Source: Candidatus Omnitrophota bacterium
GTDB taxonomy: Bacteria > Omnitrophota > Omnitrophia > Omnitrophales > Aquincolibacteriaceae
Assembly (NCBI GenBank): GCA_016930235.1
Contig: JAFGHI010000021.1
Span: forward strand, 56,810-120,809
DNA length: 64,000 bases
Direction: 5' to 3'
The position numbers and the translations under genes were made by a program. The notes beneath the pieces are model-generated. The model saw nothing but the letters and a program-made list of their open reading frames with translations, was not told the origin of the DNA and did no database searches. Below, piece after piece: positions 1 through 9,253 of this stretch (the stretch's first letter is position 1; each line of letters opens with the position of its first letter).

Positions 1-687
1 CCCTATCCCGAAAAAAAGGCCGAAGATTTTTTTCTTTGGATGGTGATCGGCGTTATTCTCGGAGGACGCTTAGGGTATGTCCTTTTTTACGGGTTTGACT
101 ATTACATCCAGCATCCCCTGGAAATCTTTCTCCCCTTTCAATTTGAAGGCGGTGTTACTTATACAGGGATCACCGGGATGTCATATCACGGAGGCCTTGC
201 CGGAGCGGTTTTAGCCGCTCTGTGGTTCTGCCGAAAATCGATACCCTCTTTTTGGACTTATGTGGATTACCTTATGCCTTGCATCCCCGCCGGTTATACC
301 TTTGGGCGGATCGGAAATTTCTTAAATGGAGAACTATTCGGACGCGTCACCAGCGCCCCTTGGGGGATGTATTTCCCTGCAGATCCTCTTGGAAAACTTC
401 GCCATCCTTCCCAGCTTTACGAAGCCTTCTTTGAAGGAGTCCTCCTTTTTGTGATCCTTTGGTCCATTCGGAAAAAGAATCTATTCCCAGGATTTCTTTT
501 TTCCGTCTATCTTCTGGGATACGGATTTGTCCGATTTTTTATCGAATTCACGCGTGAGCCCGACGCCCATATCGGTTTTGTTTTCGGCTCGTTAACCATG
601 GGACAGATTTTGTGTCTTGGGATGATCTTCATCGCTGTCCTATTTCTCATCTTTTTACCGAAACCGCAAAAAACGAAAGCATCTTAG
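1..687 (+). CDS. lgt: prolipoprotein diacylglyceryl transferase (5' end lies outside window)
   Basis: The reading frame is open from base 1 (PYPEKKAEDFFLW precedes the first Met). Lgt motifs are present: GVILGGRLGYVLFY, GMSYHGGLAG, GRIGNFLNGELFGR and SQLYEAFFEGV. The protein is multi-TM. Confidence 0.85.
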   Translation, partial: PYPEKKAEDFFLWMVIGVILGGRLGYVLFYGFDYYIQHPLEIFLPFQFEGGVTYTGITGMSYHGGLAGAVLAALWFCRKSIPSFWTYVDYLMPCIPAGYTFGRIGNFLNGELFGRVTSAPWGMYFPADPLGKLRHPSQLYEAFFEGVLLFVILWSIRKKNLFPGFLFSVYLLGYGFVRFFIEFTREPDAHIGFVFGSLTMGQILCLGMIFIAVLFLIFLPKPQKTKAS

Positions 688-693
688 GCGATC

Positions 694-1344
694 ATGAACC
701 AAACCATTGTTTTCGGGGACATTCATGGCTGCTATGATGAGTGGCGGGAATTAATCGATACGATACAGCCTGATTCTTCTGATCAGCTCTTTTCCGTCGG
801 CGACATGATCGGCAAAGGGCCTCATTCAAGAAAAGTCCTGGATTTGGCCCATCGGCTCTCCAATTTCCGGAGCGTCATGGGAAATTTTGAACAATACCTC
901 GTGCGCAAATGGCGAGAAAATGCACTTGCTTCGATTGACGACCCTAGGGTCCTTGTCGCTTTGAGGGACCTTGAAAGCGATATCGATCGATACCTTGAAT
1001 GGATTGCAACATGGCCTCTTTATCTTGATCTCGAGAAATGTCTTATCCTACATGCGGGACTCACGCCGGGGATACCTCTTCATAAACAGGATCCTGATGA
1101 TTTGGTCAACATCCGCACCTTCGGGGCACCTGCCAAGCCTTGGTACGATTTTTATCAGGACGACAAACTCATCGTTCACGGCCATTGGGCAAAACAAGGT
1201 TTGGTGATTCGCAACAACGTCATCGGATTAGATACGGGATGTGTCTACGGGAAAAAGCTGACCGCTCTTATCCTGCCGGAAAGAAAATTTGTCAGCGTCC
1301 CCGCCAAGAAAGTTTACGTTCCCATTCACCCAGCACAAGAGTAA
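694..1344 (+). CDS. calcineurin-like metallophosphoesterase, PrpE/ApaH-like (Ap4A hydrolase family)
   Basis: The N-terminal GDIHGCYDE and GDMIGKGPHS motifs and the later GHW motif are typical of PrpE/ApaH-type phosphatases. The 216-aa size fits. Confidence 0.6.
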   Translation: MNQTIVFGDIHGCYDEWRELIDTIQPDSSDQLFSVGDMIGKGPHSRKVLDLAHRLSNFRSVMGNFEQYLVRKWRENALASIDDPRVLVALRDLESDIDRYLEWIATWPLYLDLEKCLILHAGLTPGIPLHKQDPDDLVNIRTFGAPAKPWYDFYQDDKLIVHGHWAKQGLVIRNNVIGLDTGCVYGKKLTALILPERKFVSVPAKKVYVPIHPAQE

Positions 1345-1417
1345 AAAACAACAGAAGCGTAAAGAGGCATAGAAAAATAAATTTTGCGAGGAGATTTTTC
1401 TTGGCTTCCTTGCTTCT

Positions 1418-1669
1418 TTAGCTGCTCTGCCTTTTTTTAGGGACCGGATCGTATCCGCTCGTTCCCCACGGATGGCATCTTAAAATCCTTCTGAGGGCCA
1501 ACCAGTTTCCACCCAGAATACCGTGTTCTTGAATCGCCTCGATCATGTATTGAGAACACGTGGGCATATGGCGGCAAGAACCGGGGAAAAAAGGAGAAAT
1601 CAGCCTCTGATAAATTTTGATCATCAAGATGATCGGAAAAGCGATTAAGGCATGGATAAAAGATTTCAT
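1418..1669 (-). CDS. yidD: membrane protein insertion efficiency factor YidD
   Basis: An 83-aa protein carrying the YidD signature [14 protein letters not shown] and an N-terminal hydrophobic helix. Confidence 0.8.
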   Translation of the reverse strand: MKSFIHALIAFPIILMIKIYQRLISPFFPGSCRHMPTCSQYMIEAIQEHGILGGNWLALRRILRCHPWGTSGYDPVPKKRQSS

Positions 1670-1701
1670 TTCAAGATAAACTCCGAAAGAAATCCGCTTG
1701 A

Positions 1702-2103
1702 TTAGTGGTTTTTCTTATCCTTCTCTTCTTCTTCCTGGGCTTTAATACTTAAGCGGGCGTAAGGCATGACCTTCAGTCTTCCCTTAGGTATGGGAGTTCC
1801 GTATTTCTCGCAGATTCCGTAGGTCCCCTCTTCGATTTTCTTTAGAGCCGAATCGATATCATTAAGAAGGTTTTGTCCATTGGAAGCCATGTTGATTTGG
1901 AACTCGGTGTCGAAACTGTCCGTCGCCACATCGGCCATATGAAAGCTATACCCCGACAGATCTCCGGTAGACTCTTTCTGGCTCTTATTCAGCACATCCC
2001 CCTCGATATTTTCGATGCCTTTGATAATCTTCTCGCGCAAAATGAGGAGACGCTTCTTGAAATCTTCCAACTCTTCCTGAGTAAAATTGGGCTTGCGCGG
2101 CAT
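1702..2103 (-). CDS. DksA/TraR-family regulator with degenerate zinc finger (DksA2-like)
   Basis: A coiled-coil N-terminus ([16 protein letters not shown]) is followed by a DksA-like C-terminus, [15 protein letters not shown]...ARLSIKAQ. Only 1 of the 4 canonical CxxC..CxxC cysteines is retained. Confidence 0.55.
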   Translation of the reverse strand: MPRKPNFTQEELEDFKKRLLILREKIIKGIENIEGDVLNKSQKESTGDLSGYSFHMADVATDSFDTEFQINMASNGQNLLNDIDSALKKIEEGTYGICEKYGTPIPKGRLKVMPYARLSIKAQEEEEKDKKNH

Positions 2104-2127
2104 GAGATAAGGCGAGTCTGTCCTTCC

Positions 2128-2280
2128 CTATTTCTTTTCCCGAAAGACGACATAGCGCTTAAGAATGGGATCGAACTTCTTTCTTTCAAGCCTTTCCGGA
2201 TTCTTCTTCTTATTCTTGCGCGTCGTATAGCTGTAGGAACTTTCGGTGCTCTTCAGCGTAATAATTTCGCTTGGTACCAT
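2128..2280 (-). CDS. rpmG: 50S ribosomal protein L33, C-minus (zinc-ribbon-less) form
   Basis: A 50-aa ORF missed by the ORF track because it is under 60 aa. It translates to MVPSEIITLKSTESSYSYTTRKNKKKNPERLERKKFDPILKRYVVFREKK, which matches L33 with all four Zn-ribbon Cys replaced. Confidence 0.75.
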   Translation of the reverse strand: MVPSEIITLKSTESSYSYTTRKNKKKNPERLERKKFDPILKRYVVFREKK

Positions 2281-2491
2281 CGTTTATCCTTCCCTTTTCG
2301 ATAAAATTAAAAACGGTGCAGAAGTATACTCTAATTTCATCCGTTTTTCATCCTTTTTCCTACTCAATACCTTTTTGCCCGCAATTTCCCATTGTCCTGC
2401 AATAAATTGAGCCATAATGCTAAAAATTGAACGGCCATGCATCATCTGCCAAGCCATCACCGCTCGATTATTCTTATGGGATCAACCCAAG

Positions 2492-2525
2492 AAAAAAGCG
2501 AGGCTAGCTATGCTCGCAGCCTCGC
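2492..2525 (-). terminator. intrinsic terminator downstream of the SOD gene
   Basis: The 8-bp GC stem gcgaggct/agcctcgc (2498-2505 and 2518-2525) is followed on the minus strand by TTTTTT. Confidence 0.6.
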
Positions 2526-2550
2526 TTTCTTGCTTGGAGCACTCAAAAAA

Positions 2551-3153
2551 TCAACTCTTCACGGCCTTGTTGACACCCTGAAGCTGGCTTTCAACAAACT
2601 CCCAGTTCACAAGATTCCAGAAGGTCTCAACATATTTTGGGCGGGCATTCCGGTAATCGATATAATAGGCATGTTCCCAGACATCACAGGTCAAAATAGG
2701 GGTCTGGTTTTGAGTGATCGGGTTCTCCGCGTTTTTCCCCTGGACAATCTGAACGCCTCCATCTTTCCCTTTTACTAACCAAGCCCACCCGGAGCCAAAA
2801 AGGTTGACCGCCGCTTCTGAGAATTTCGCTTTAAAACTTTCGAAGCTGCCGAACCCTTTCTTGATGGTCTCGGCTAAAGCGCCTTTGGGCTCTCCTCCCC
2901 CACGAGCGGACAAACAATTCCAATAAAAAGTGTGATTCCATACCTGCGCGGCATTATTAAAGACAGGCCCCGAAGAGGTCCGGATCAGGTCTTCCAGCGA
3001 TTTTCCCGCTTCCGGTTTCCCTTCGATAAGACTATTCAACTTCGTTACATAAGCGTTGTGATGTTTCCCGTAATGGTATTCCAAGGTCTCCTTCGAAATG
3101 CGTGGCGATAAAGCGTCCAATTCGTACGGTAGTTTTGGCAGTGTGAAACTCAT
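2551..3153 (-). CDS. Fe/Mn-family superoxide dismutase
   Basis: LPKLPYELDALSPRISKETLEYHYGKHH, the DVWEHAYYIDYRN metal-binding region and the 200-aa size all fit. Confidence 0.9.
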   Translation of the reverse strand: MSFTLPKLPYELDALSPRISKETLEYHYGKHHNAYVTKLNSLIEGKPEAGKSLEDLIRTSSGPVFNNAAQVWNHTFYWNCLSARGGGEPKGALAETIKKGFGSFESFKAKFSEAAVNLFGSGWAWLVKGKDGGVQIVQGKNAENPITQNQTPILTCDVWEHAYYIDYRNARPKYVETFWNLVNWEFVESQLQGVNKAVKS

Positions 3154-3267
3154 GGGATCTCTCCTTTGATTAAAACCTGGCCTCGAAAATGGTTCGGACT
3201 ATTGCCTATTTTAACACTCGAGAGCTCAAAAGAGTTCCTGAAAATGGCGCCTTTTAAAGACTCCGTC

Positions 3268-3609
3268 CTATAATATATTTTCTCCGGAACTGCCGTCAGG
3301 CAAGAGCATCAAAGGGGGGACCTCTCCGGATTCCATCACCTGAAAGCAATGGCATAGTAGACAGCCCTTCTGAGAGAGGCAAAATTTGTTCGCTGTCTCG
3401 ACAAAAATCTTAAAATCTTCTTTCTTTAATCGGTCATAGGTAGAACACTTATCAAAATACTTACAATTAGAACCTTTTTTATGGATGATCCGGTAAAAAG
3501 GACACTCTTTATACTTCTCACTCGAGCAATAATCAAACGTATCCTGCCGAAGTTGCCCGACCTGACTTTGACATTCGCGAGTGTAATCAACAAACAAAGG
3601 ACACGGCAT
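3268..3609 (-). CDS. cysteine-rich small protein (10 Cys in 113 aa), function unknown
   Basis: A clean ORF immediately upstream of the SOD gene with clustered Cys (for example CLLCHC). I recognise no family for it. Confidence 0.4.
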   Translation of the reverse strand: MPCPLFVDYTRECQSQVGQLRQDTFDYCSSEKYKECPFYRIIHKKGSNCKYFDKCSTYDRLKKEDFKIFVETANKFCLSQKGCLLCHCFQVMESGEVPPLMLLPDGSSGENIL

Positions 3610-3683
3610 ATCTTCCCCTTTCGTTAGAAAAGCTATTTCGAAAAGATGGCCTCGGGGAAACCCCTAGCTGTCTCAACAAGCGC

Positions 3684-3718
3684 ACAAAAAGGCGGAGCAA
3701 ATCACAATTTGCTTCGCC
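3684..3718 (-). terminator. intrinsic terminator downstream of gpmA
   Basis: A 12-bp stem (ggcggagcaaat/atttgcttcgcc) with a 4-nt loop is followed on the minus strand by TTTTTGT. Confidence 0.6.
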
Positions 3719-3749
3719 GTTTCATGTAAAAAACAATAATACGTCTTGC

Positions 3750-4499
3750 TTACTTCTTGGCCTTGCCCTGGCTGGCAACGGCCTCCATCGCCTTTTTTAC
3801 CTTCTCCGGATCCCCCAAGTAATAATGGCGAATGGGCTTTAAATTCTCGTCAAGCTCATAAACAAGGGGCATCCCCGTGGGGATGTTCAATCCCACAATT
3901 TCATCATCGGTCATATGATCAAGATACTTAACCAGTGCGCGCAAACTGTTCCCGTGCGCAGCAATCAAAACTCTCTTACCCGATTGGATGGCCGGAGCAA
4001 TCACCTCATGCCAGCAAGGGAGAAATCTCGCAACGGTATCCTTCAAACACTCCGTTAACGGGACCTGCTCTTTTTTCAGATCTTTGTATCGCGGATCTTT
4101 GGCCGGATTGCGTTCATCATTGGGTTCCAATGCTGGCGGCCGGATATCGTAACTCCTGCGCCAGATCTTGACCTGATCCTCACCGAATTTTTCCGCCATT
4201 TCAGACTTACTTAACCCCTGGAGGGCTCCATAATGACGTTCGTTGAGACGCCAATCCCGAATGACAGGGATCCACATCAAATCCATCTCCTCCAGGACAA
4301 TCCAAAGAGTCCGGATGGCACGTTTCAGAACGGAAGTATAAGCAAAATCAAAAACATATCCATCCCTCTTAAGCTGCTTACCGCCATTTTGGGCCTCCGC
4401 GATCCCTTTTTCTGACAGATCAACATCTGTCCACCCCGTAAACCGGTTCTCTTTGTTCCAGACACTTTCCCCGTGGCGCACCAATACAAGTTTATACAT
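3750..4499 (-). CDS. gpmA: 2,3-bisphosphoglycerate-dependent phosphoglycerate mutase
   Basis: [30 protein letters not shown], the RHYG motif and the C-terminal K-rich tail fit GpmA. The start is set at MYKLV, which has a GGGAGG Shine-Dalgarno upstream. Confidence 0.9.
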   Translation of the reverse strand: MYKLVLVRHGESVWNKENRFTGWTDVDLSEKGIAEAQNGGKQLKRDGYVFDFAYTSVLKRAIRTLWIVLEEMDLMWIPVIRDWRLNERHYGALQGLSKSEMAEKFGEDQVKIWRRSYDIRPPALEPNDERNPAKDPRYKDLKKEQVPLTECLKDTVARFLPCWHEVIAPAIQSGKRVLIAAHGNSLRALVKYLDHMTDDEIVGLNIPTGMPLVYELDENLKPIRHYYLGDPEKVKKAMEAVASQGKAKK

Positions 4500-4601
4500 T
4501 TCCGCTTTCCCTCCCATTCAAAAATGAGTCCGTCACCTTATCTTTTCCCGAAGGGCCCGAGTTTACACCAGATCTTACCAGACTTCAACTTTCCTTCACC
4601 C

Positions 4602-6341
4602 TCACAATACAGAAGCTTCAATAACCTTTTTCTCGGGTGTAATTGCAACGTCCTGATAGTCTTGATTCTTGGGGTGATTGGCACTTCGGGTCATCAACCA
4701 AATATCGAATATCAAGGCTAAAAATCCAAAGAAGTAGCGAGTTTGCACCCAAATCCGCTTGGCATAAAACGGAATAAAAGATTCCTTGGGCATACCCGGC
4801 CGTCTTTCTCTGCGGTTTTTGATCCGCCAGAATCCTCCGAGTAAAGGATGGACATCCGTAAGAAAGACAGAGGAACAAAACCAAATAAGGGATGCGAAAA
4901 GAAGACGGCGTCTGGGCCCTTTTCTCCTTAATAACAATGTCTTCAAATGCTCCCGGCTGTAAAAAGAATCCCAGGCATCCCGGTAAGCCCGCATCCAATC
5001 TGCATTGGACATACTCGGATGCTGATTGCAGGCATGGGCAGAATCATAAAGGTTGGTATCTTCCGCCATCGGAACTTTCTTTAAATAAAGATCTTGATGA
5101 TCTTTTGAACCCGGTAAAGGCGTCATCACAAAAAACTCCGCCAGATCAAGCGGCAGTTCATGTTTGAGGAAATCAACATCCCGCCTAATCGATTCATAGG
5201 TATCTCCCGGAAAACCGATAATATACCCCGCGCATGTCAGCGCTCCATGGTCCCGCCACTTTTGGAGCATCTCCCTGTAATCCTTCAGCTGATTTTGATG
5301 TTTTCCCGCCGCTTTCAGATTATCCGGATTGACCGATTCCATCCCGATAAAAACCCGCCGGACACCCGCACGCGTCATTTTCTCAATAAAATTGGGAATT
5401 TTATGCGCCACCACATCCGTCTGAATCATCAACGAACAACGAATCCCCTTCTGTTCTTTTAGATAAATGAGCCGGTCCGCAATTGCTTCCCAATCCTTAT
5501 GCCGGGCAAAATTATCGTCTGTAATAAAAATATGTTTGGATCCATTTTTAAAGTTTGTGCGCACGAGTTTCTCAATATCATCGGCATTCCGTCCGCGCAT
5601 CGTATTGCCTTGGATATGGATGATCGTACAAAAGGAACACTTAAAGGGGCAGCCCCGGCCTGCATCAAAACTTGTTTGCCTCTCAAAAAAACGAGACATG
5701 ACCGATTGAGGCAAAATAGGTCCTGGGACATTTTCGAGATTGGGTCTATCTCCGATCAAATCATAAGCGGGTTCTAATCGATTTCGGAAAGCAGCCTCTA
5801 AAAGCTCGCCCCATTTCTCTTCAACCTCGCCTGCTACAAGAGTGATCCCTTGATCCATCGCTTCTTGAAGCCCGCAACCCTTATCGGGCAGCATCGCCAT
5901 CACCCCCGAAACATGAAAACCTCCGATCATGCTCGGAATCCCTTCCGCCTTAAACTCTATAGCCAGATCGACGGCCCGCGCATACTGGTTGGTCTGAACA
6001 CCCACCATACAAGCTATGGCTTTTTCGTTTCTCTTGCGGACACTTTGACATAGCTTACGAACAGGAATCTTCTGTACGGTTTCATCGAAGGTATGGATAA
6101 CGGGTTCAACATTTTCACCCAAAAATCCTTTTTTAAAGACATCCTGAGTCAAGGAATAGAGGCAGGCCAGAGAATTACTGGTGATAATCCCCCATCCCCA
6201 ACGAATGACATACCCCTCGTCATCGTACCGGGAGGGTTTAATCAAGATAATATGAAAACGCTCTTTTGTTTTTGATGGCACAGGAATCTTTCTTGGAAAC
6301 CAGAGAGACTTGAACGGGGAACCCAACAGTTTCTCAGTCAA
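4602..6341 (-). CDS. B12-binding domain radical SAM protein (class B radical SAM; hopanoid/other C-methylase-like)
   Basis: An N-terminal cobalamin-binding-like region is followed by a radical SAM CxxxCxxC motif (CPFKCSFC). The 579-aa size and a hydrophobic C-terminal segment fit this class. Confidence 0.7.
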   Translation of the reverse strand: MTEKLLGSPFKSLWFPRKIPVPSKTKERFHIILIKPSRYDDEGYVIRWGWGIITSNSLACLYSLTQDVFKKGFLGENVEPVIHTFDETVQKIPVRKLCQSVRKRNEKAIACMVGVQTNQYARAVDLAIEFKAEGIPSMIGGFHVSGVMAMLPDKGCGLQEAMDQGITLVAGEVEEKWGELLEAAFRNRLEPAYDLIGDRPNLENVPGPILPQSVMSRFFERQTSFDAGRGCPFKCSFCTIIHIQGNTMRGRNADDIEKLVRTNFKNGSKHIFITDDNFARHKDWEAIADRLIYLKEQKGIRCSLMIQTDVVAHKIPNFIEKMTRAGVRRVFIGMESVNPDNLKAAGKHQNQLKDYREMLQKWRDHGALTCAGYIIGFPGDTYESIRRDVDFLKHELPLDLAEFFVMTPLPGSKDHQDLYLKKVPMAEDTNLYDSAHACNQHPSMSNADWMRAYRDAWDSFYSREHLKTLLLRRKGPRRRLLFASLIWFCSSVFLTDVHPLLGGFWRIKNRRERRPGMPKESFIPFYAKRIWVQTRYFFGFLALIFDIWLMTRSANHPKNQDYQDVAITPEKKVIEASVL

Positions 6342-6591
6342 CTGATCTCATGATTTTGAACTTCCAAATAATTGCTCAGGAATAGACTACCTTAAGAGCC
6401 CCCCGGGTTCAAACAAAAAAGCTGCGCTAAAAGGAGTGTTCTGGGTTCTTAGAATTAGTCCAAAGGCGTCCCCCCCCGGGCACTGTAACTTCAATCACGG
6501 TAAACTCTTTTGCTTGTGCTGGAAGGAATTAAATAATTTGAGGTTTTTTATCCTTTTTTACGTTACAATACCGCCACTTTGGAGCGGCTCT

Positions 6592-7704
6592 ATGGCTAAA
6601 AAAAACGGTCCTTTTCATCAACGCATCATTCTGGGGATTGAGCTGGAGGGTTATACCATCTCAACGCCTGATCACACCATCAGCCGGAAACTTGCTTTTC
6701 ACAGAAAAGGGACCGCTGAGAAAGGGGAAAAATTCAGGAGAGACTGGTCGATCGGAACCGAATATAACAGCCGTCCTTTTTCAACCATTCGCGAAGGTCT
6801 TTTTCTTCTCAAAACAGGCCTGAGAAAATACAATCATAGTTTGTACCGAAGAAAATCACGCAATAAAAAATGCCGGCAAATCTTTCTGGTGGGCGGCTGG
6901 AAAGACCGCTTCGCCGGGGCCCACATTCATTTGTCAGTCGCGAATCGAAAACTGACTTTTGACCAAGCCAGGAAGTTGGCGGCTCACATTCACGATCATA
7001 TACCGCTCCTCATCGCCATTTCCGCCAACTCACCCGTCTGGCAAGATAAGATTACACAAATCGCTTCCAACCGTGTCCTCAAAGGAAGTAAAACCTATTT
7101 TCAACCCATTCACCGCGGCCATTTATCGCATAAACAATTCGATGAGATCACCTTGAACCGGGCAACAAAGACAAAACCACCTACCCTCGAATGCCGGGTC
7201 ATGGATTCCAATATCCCCGAAATCATCATGATTTGCGCATGCATCATCAAGGCATGCGCCCTCGGTTATCTTCGGGGTAAAAAAATCTCGAATAAAATCA
7301 GCCACTTCCGCTTTTTAAAAAGCCGCGTCGATGCGGCCAAAAACGGAATGGATGCAAAACTTTCTTGGAATCACGATTGGCTGTCGGCCGCAAAATATCT
7401 GGACCGCTTTGTCTGGACTTACCGGCAAGAATTCCGGGAAATGGATATCCCTCAGGAGATATGGGCAGCCATGAAACTCTTAAAAAGGGGTCTGAACGGA
7501 AGTGAAATTATCCGCCACTGCGCCGAAAAAGCGTATCGAAAGCATCCTCAGACATGGAAAAAGCGACTCGCCAAAAAATATATCCAAGCAATCAATACCC
7601 TTCTTGAAGGAAATTCTTCGAAAGATTTTGTCCATCAAATGGGCATCACCATACCCAACATTTCGAGAGTCTGGCTTGGGAGAAAAAAACTCAAACTGTT
7701 ATGA
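6592..7704 (+). CDS. YbdK-like carboxylate-amine ligase (GCS2 / gamma-glutamyl:cysteine ligase family 2)
   Basis: ILGIELEGY matches the YbdK GIELE motif, and AHIHLSV, LLIAISANSPVW and LECRVMDSN match the YbdK HVHVG, ALSAASPY and EVRVMDTP blocks. The start is set at MAKKNGP (6592), which has a GGAG Shine-Dalgarno. The ORF-track start at 6436 lacks one. Confidence 0.6.
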   Translation: MAKKNGPFHQRIILGIELEGYTISTPDHTISRKLAFHRKGTAEKGEKFRRDWSIGTEYNSRPFSTIREGLFLLKTGLRKYNHSLYRRKSRNKKCRQIFLVGGWKDRFAGAHIHLSVANRKLTFDQARKLAAHIHDHIPLLIAISANSPVWQDKITQIASNRVLKGSKTYFQPIHRGHLSHKQFDEITLNRATKTKPPTLECRVMDSNIPEIIMICACIIKACALGYLRGKKISNKISHFRFLKSRVDAAKNGMDAKLSWNHDWLSAAKYLDRFVWTYRQEFREMDIPQEIWAAMKLLKRGLNGSEIIRHCAEKAYRKHPQTWKKRLAKKYIQAINTLLEGNSSKDFVHQMGITIPNISRVWLGRKKLKLL

Positions 7705-8450
7705 AAAAACGCGAACCCTTTATTGGAATCACCTGTGATATCCAGCACTACAAACGTATGAAACCGCCTTATTATGAACTTGTCTGCGATTACCGCTACC
7801 CTCAAGCCGTCAAACAAGCGGGCGGCTACCCGATCCTATTACCCATGGCCTTCGGAGAAAAGATCATTCATCGTTACCTGGATCAAATGGATGGTATCAT
7901 TATCGTTGGCGGAGACGATGTTGATCCTAAACTCTATGGCGAGAAAAAAAAACGGGGCACGGGAACTGTCCCAAAACCAAGGATTAAATTTGAATGTAAG
8001 CTCTATGAGGAGGCCAAAAGAAGAAAGCTCCCTGTCATGGGAATTTGCTATGGCATGCAGCTGATTAATGTGCTGGAAGGCGGCTCCCTCTTCCAGGATA
8101 TCCGGCGGGATGCAAGATCACGGTTAAACCATCGCAACAAAAAAAATCCACATATCCCAGTGACCATTGATCCAACTTCACGGCTTGGGAAAATTATCGG
8201 TAAAAGGCGCATCATTGCCCACTGTGAACATCACCAAGCAGTCAGTACGGTAGCGCCCTCTTTTAAACCCGTCGCCTTTGCCTCCGACAATATTATTGAG
8301 GCCATCGAAAGCCGATCGAAAAAGATCCTGGCGATCCAATGGCATCCTGAAAGACTTTTTCGGGCGCCTTCGACACGGAGACTCTTCCGCGCCTTTGTAA
8401 TGATGTGCAGGAAAAAGACGAAAAAAGCAAAACGCAGAAGAAGACGGTAA
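7701..8450 (+). CDS. class I glutamine amidotransferase-like gamma-glutamyl hydrolase (PuuD / peptidase C26 family)
   Basis: The catalytic Cys sits in GICYGMQL and the His in IQWHPE. The start overlaps the ligase stop in an ATGA motif. Confidence 0.7.
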   Translation: MKKREPFIGITCDIQHYKRMKPPYYELVCDYRYPQAVKQAGGYPILLPMAFGEKIIHRYLDQMDGIIIVGGDDVDPKLYGEKKKRGTGTVPKPRIKFECKLYEEAKRRKLPVMGICYGMQLINVLEGGSLFQDIRRDARSRLNHRNKKNPHIPVTIDPTSRLGKIIGKRRIIAHCEHHQAVSTVAPSFKPVAFASDNIIEAIESRSKKILAIQWHPERLFRAPSTRRLFRAFVMMCRKKTKKAKRRRRR

Positions 8451-8477
8451 GTCACTTGAACAACAAAGCAGCTTCTC

Positions 8478-9170
8478 TTAAGCCCGGCCGAACATACGCC
8501 TGATCTTCGCAACCATTCTTTCTTTGGTAAAACGCTCTCTTTCGCGGCGAAACCTCTTCTTGGCTTGTTCCTTCAAATGCCAAAGAGGCCAATAATACCG
8601 CATAAAAATAATCGAGGAACGACGTTTCAAGAGAACGGCGTAAAGTTTATGATCTGCAATTTGTTTTTCGGTAAATCCCTTGGGCTTTCGGGCAAAGAGA
8701 AAAACGCCCGGTTCCATGGGGTCCTTTTCCAATCTCTCGATCTTGAGATCGGAAAAAATATGCCGGGCATCTTCTATGTCATACCGCCAAAAATCATAGG
8801 GATAACCGTGATAGGCAAATCCTTCGGAACGGGTCGTCACGACAAGGCAGCCTTCGGGTTTGAGGAGTGCTTTCAGATTATGCACAATGAGCTGCCAATC
8901 AAGAACATGTTCCAGCATTTCGGTGCAAATCACCATATCAAAACGGTTTTCACCGTATTGTTTCAAAAGGTCTTCGGCACGGCATATCTCGTCCACACCG
9001 GGCCCCTGGGTAATATCAACTCCAAGGTAGGAACTGGGATGAAACGCCTGGGCGATCGGCCTGAAAGACCCGTTAACATCATAAGCGCCTACTTCAATGA
9101 CAGATTTGCCTTCGATATCTTCCCTTCGGAGTATGGTCTGACCAAATTCAAGGCAACTGGGATGGCACAC
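8478..9170 (-). CDS. class I SAM-dependent methyltransferase
   Basis: It has a Rossmann motif I (VIEVGAYDVNG) and motif II (MVICTEMLEHV). Confidence 0.6.
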   Translation of the reverse strand: MCHPSCLEFGQTILRREDIEGKSVIEVGAYDVNGSFRPIAQAFHPSSYLGVDITQGPGVDEICRAEDLLKQYGENRFDMVICTEMLEHVLDWQLIVHNLKALLKPEGCLVVTTRSEGFAYHGYPYDFWRYDIEDARHIFSDLKIERLEKDPMEPGVFLFARKPKGFTEKQIADHKLYAVLLKRRSSIIFMRYYWPLWHLKEQAKKRFRRERERFTKERMVAKIRRMFGRA

Positions 9171-9253
9171 GATTAGGGGTCCTTCTTCATAGTTTTATCA
9201 ACGCAGAAACAACACTCGAATCAAAAAAAGCTGTGCGATTAAACTCTTGAACT

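Noticed and set aside
1-40. Similarity between CCCTATCCCGAAAAAAAGGCCGAAGATT (1-28) and CCCTCCCCTAAAAAAAGGCCGAAAATT (19511-19537)
   Set aside because: The first copy lies inside the lgt coding frame, matching the conserved Lgt PxxxWTKxExxxL region. It is most likely a chance resemblance. The second copy is part of a weak hairpin downstream of an SGNH gene.
6395-6490. Two CCCCCGGG-containing stretches in the ligase/rSAM intergenic region
   Set aside because: They are 8-bp palindromes only, and too short to distinguish from chance.
6436-6591. Upstream extension of the YbdK-like ORF (start at 6436)
   Set aside because: It has no Shine-Dalgarno and is not homologous to YbdK N-termini. The Met at 6592 has a GGAG Shine-Dalgarno and starts at the conserved block.
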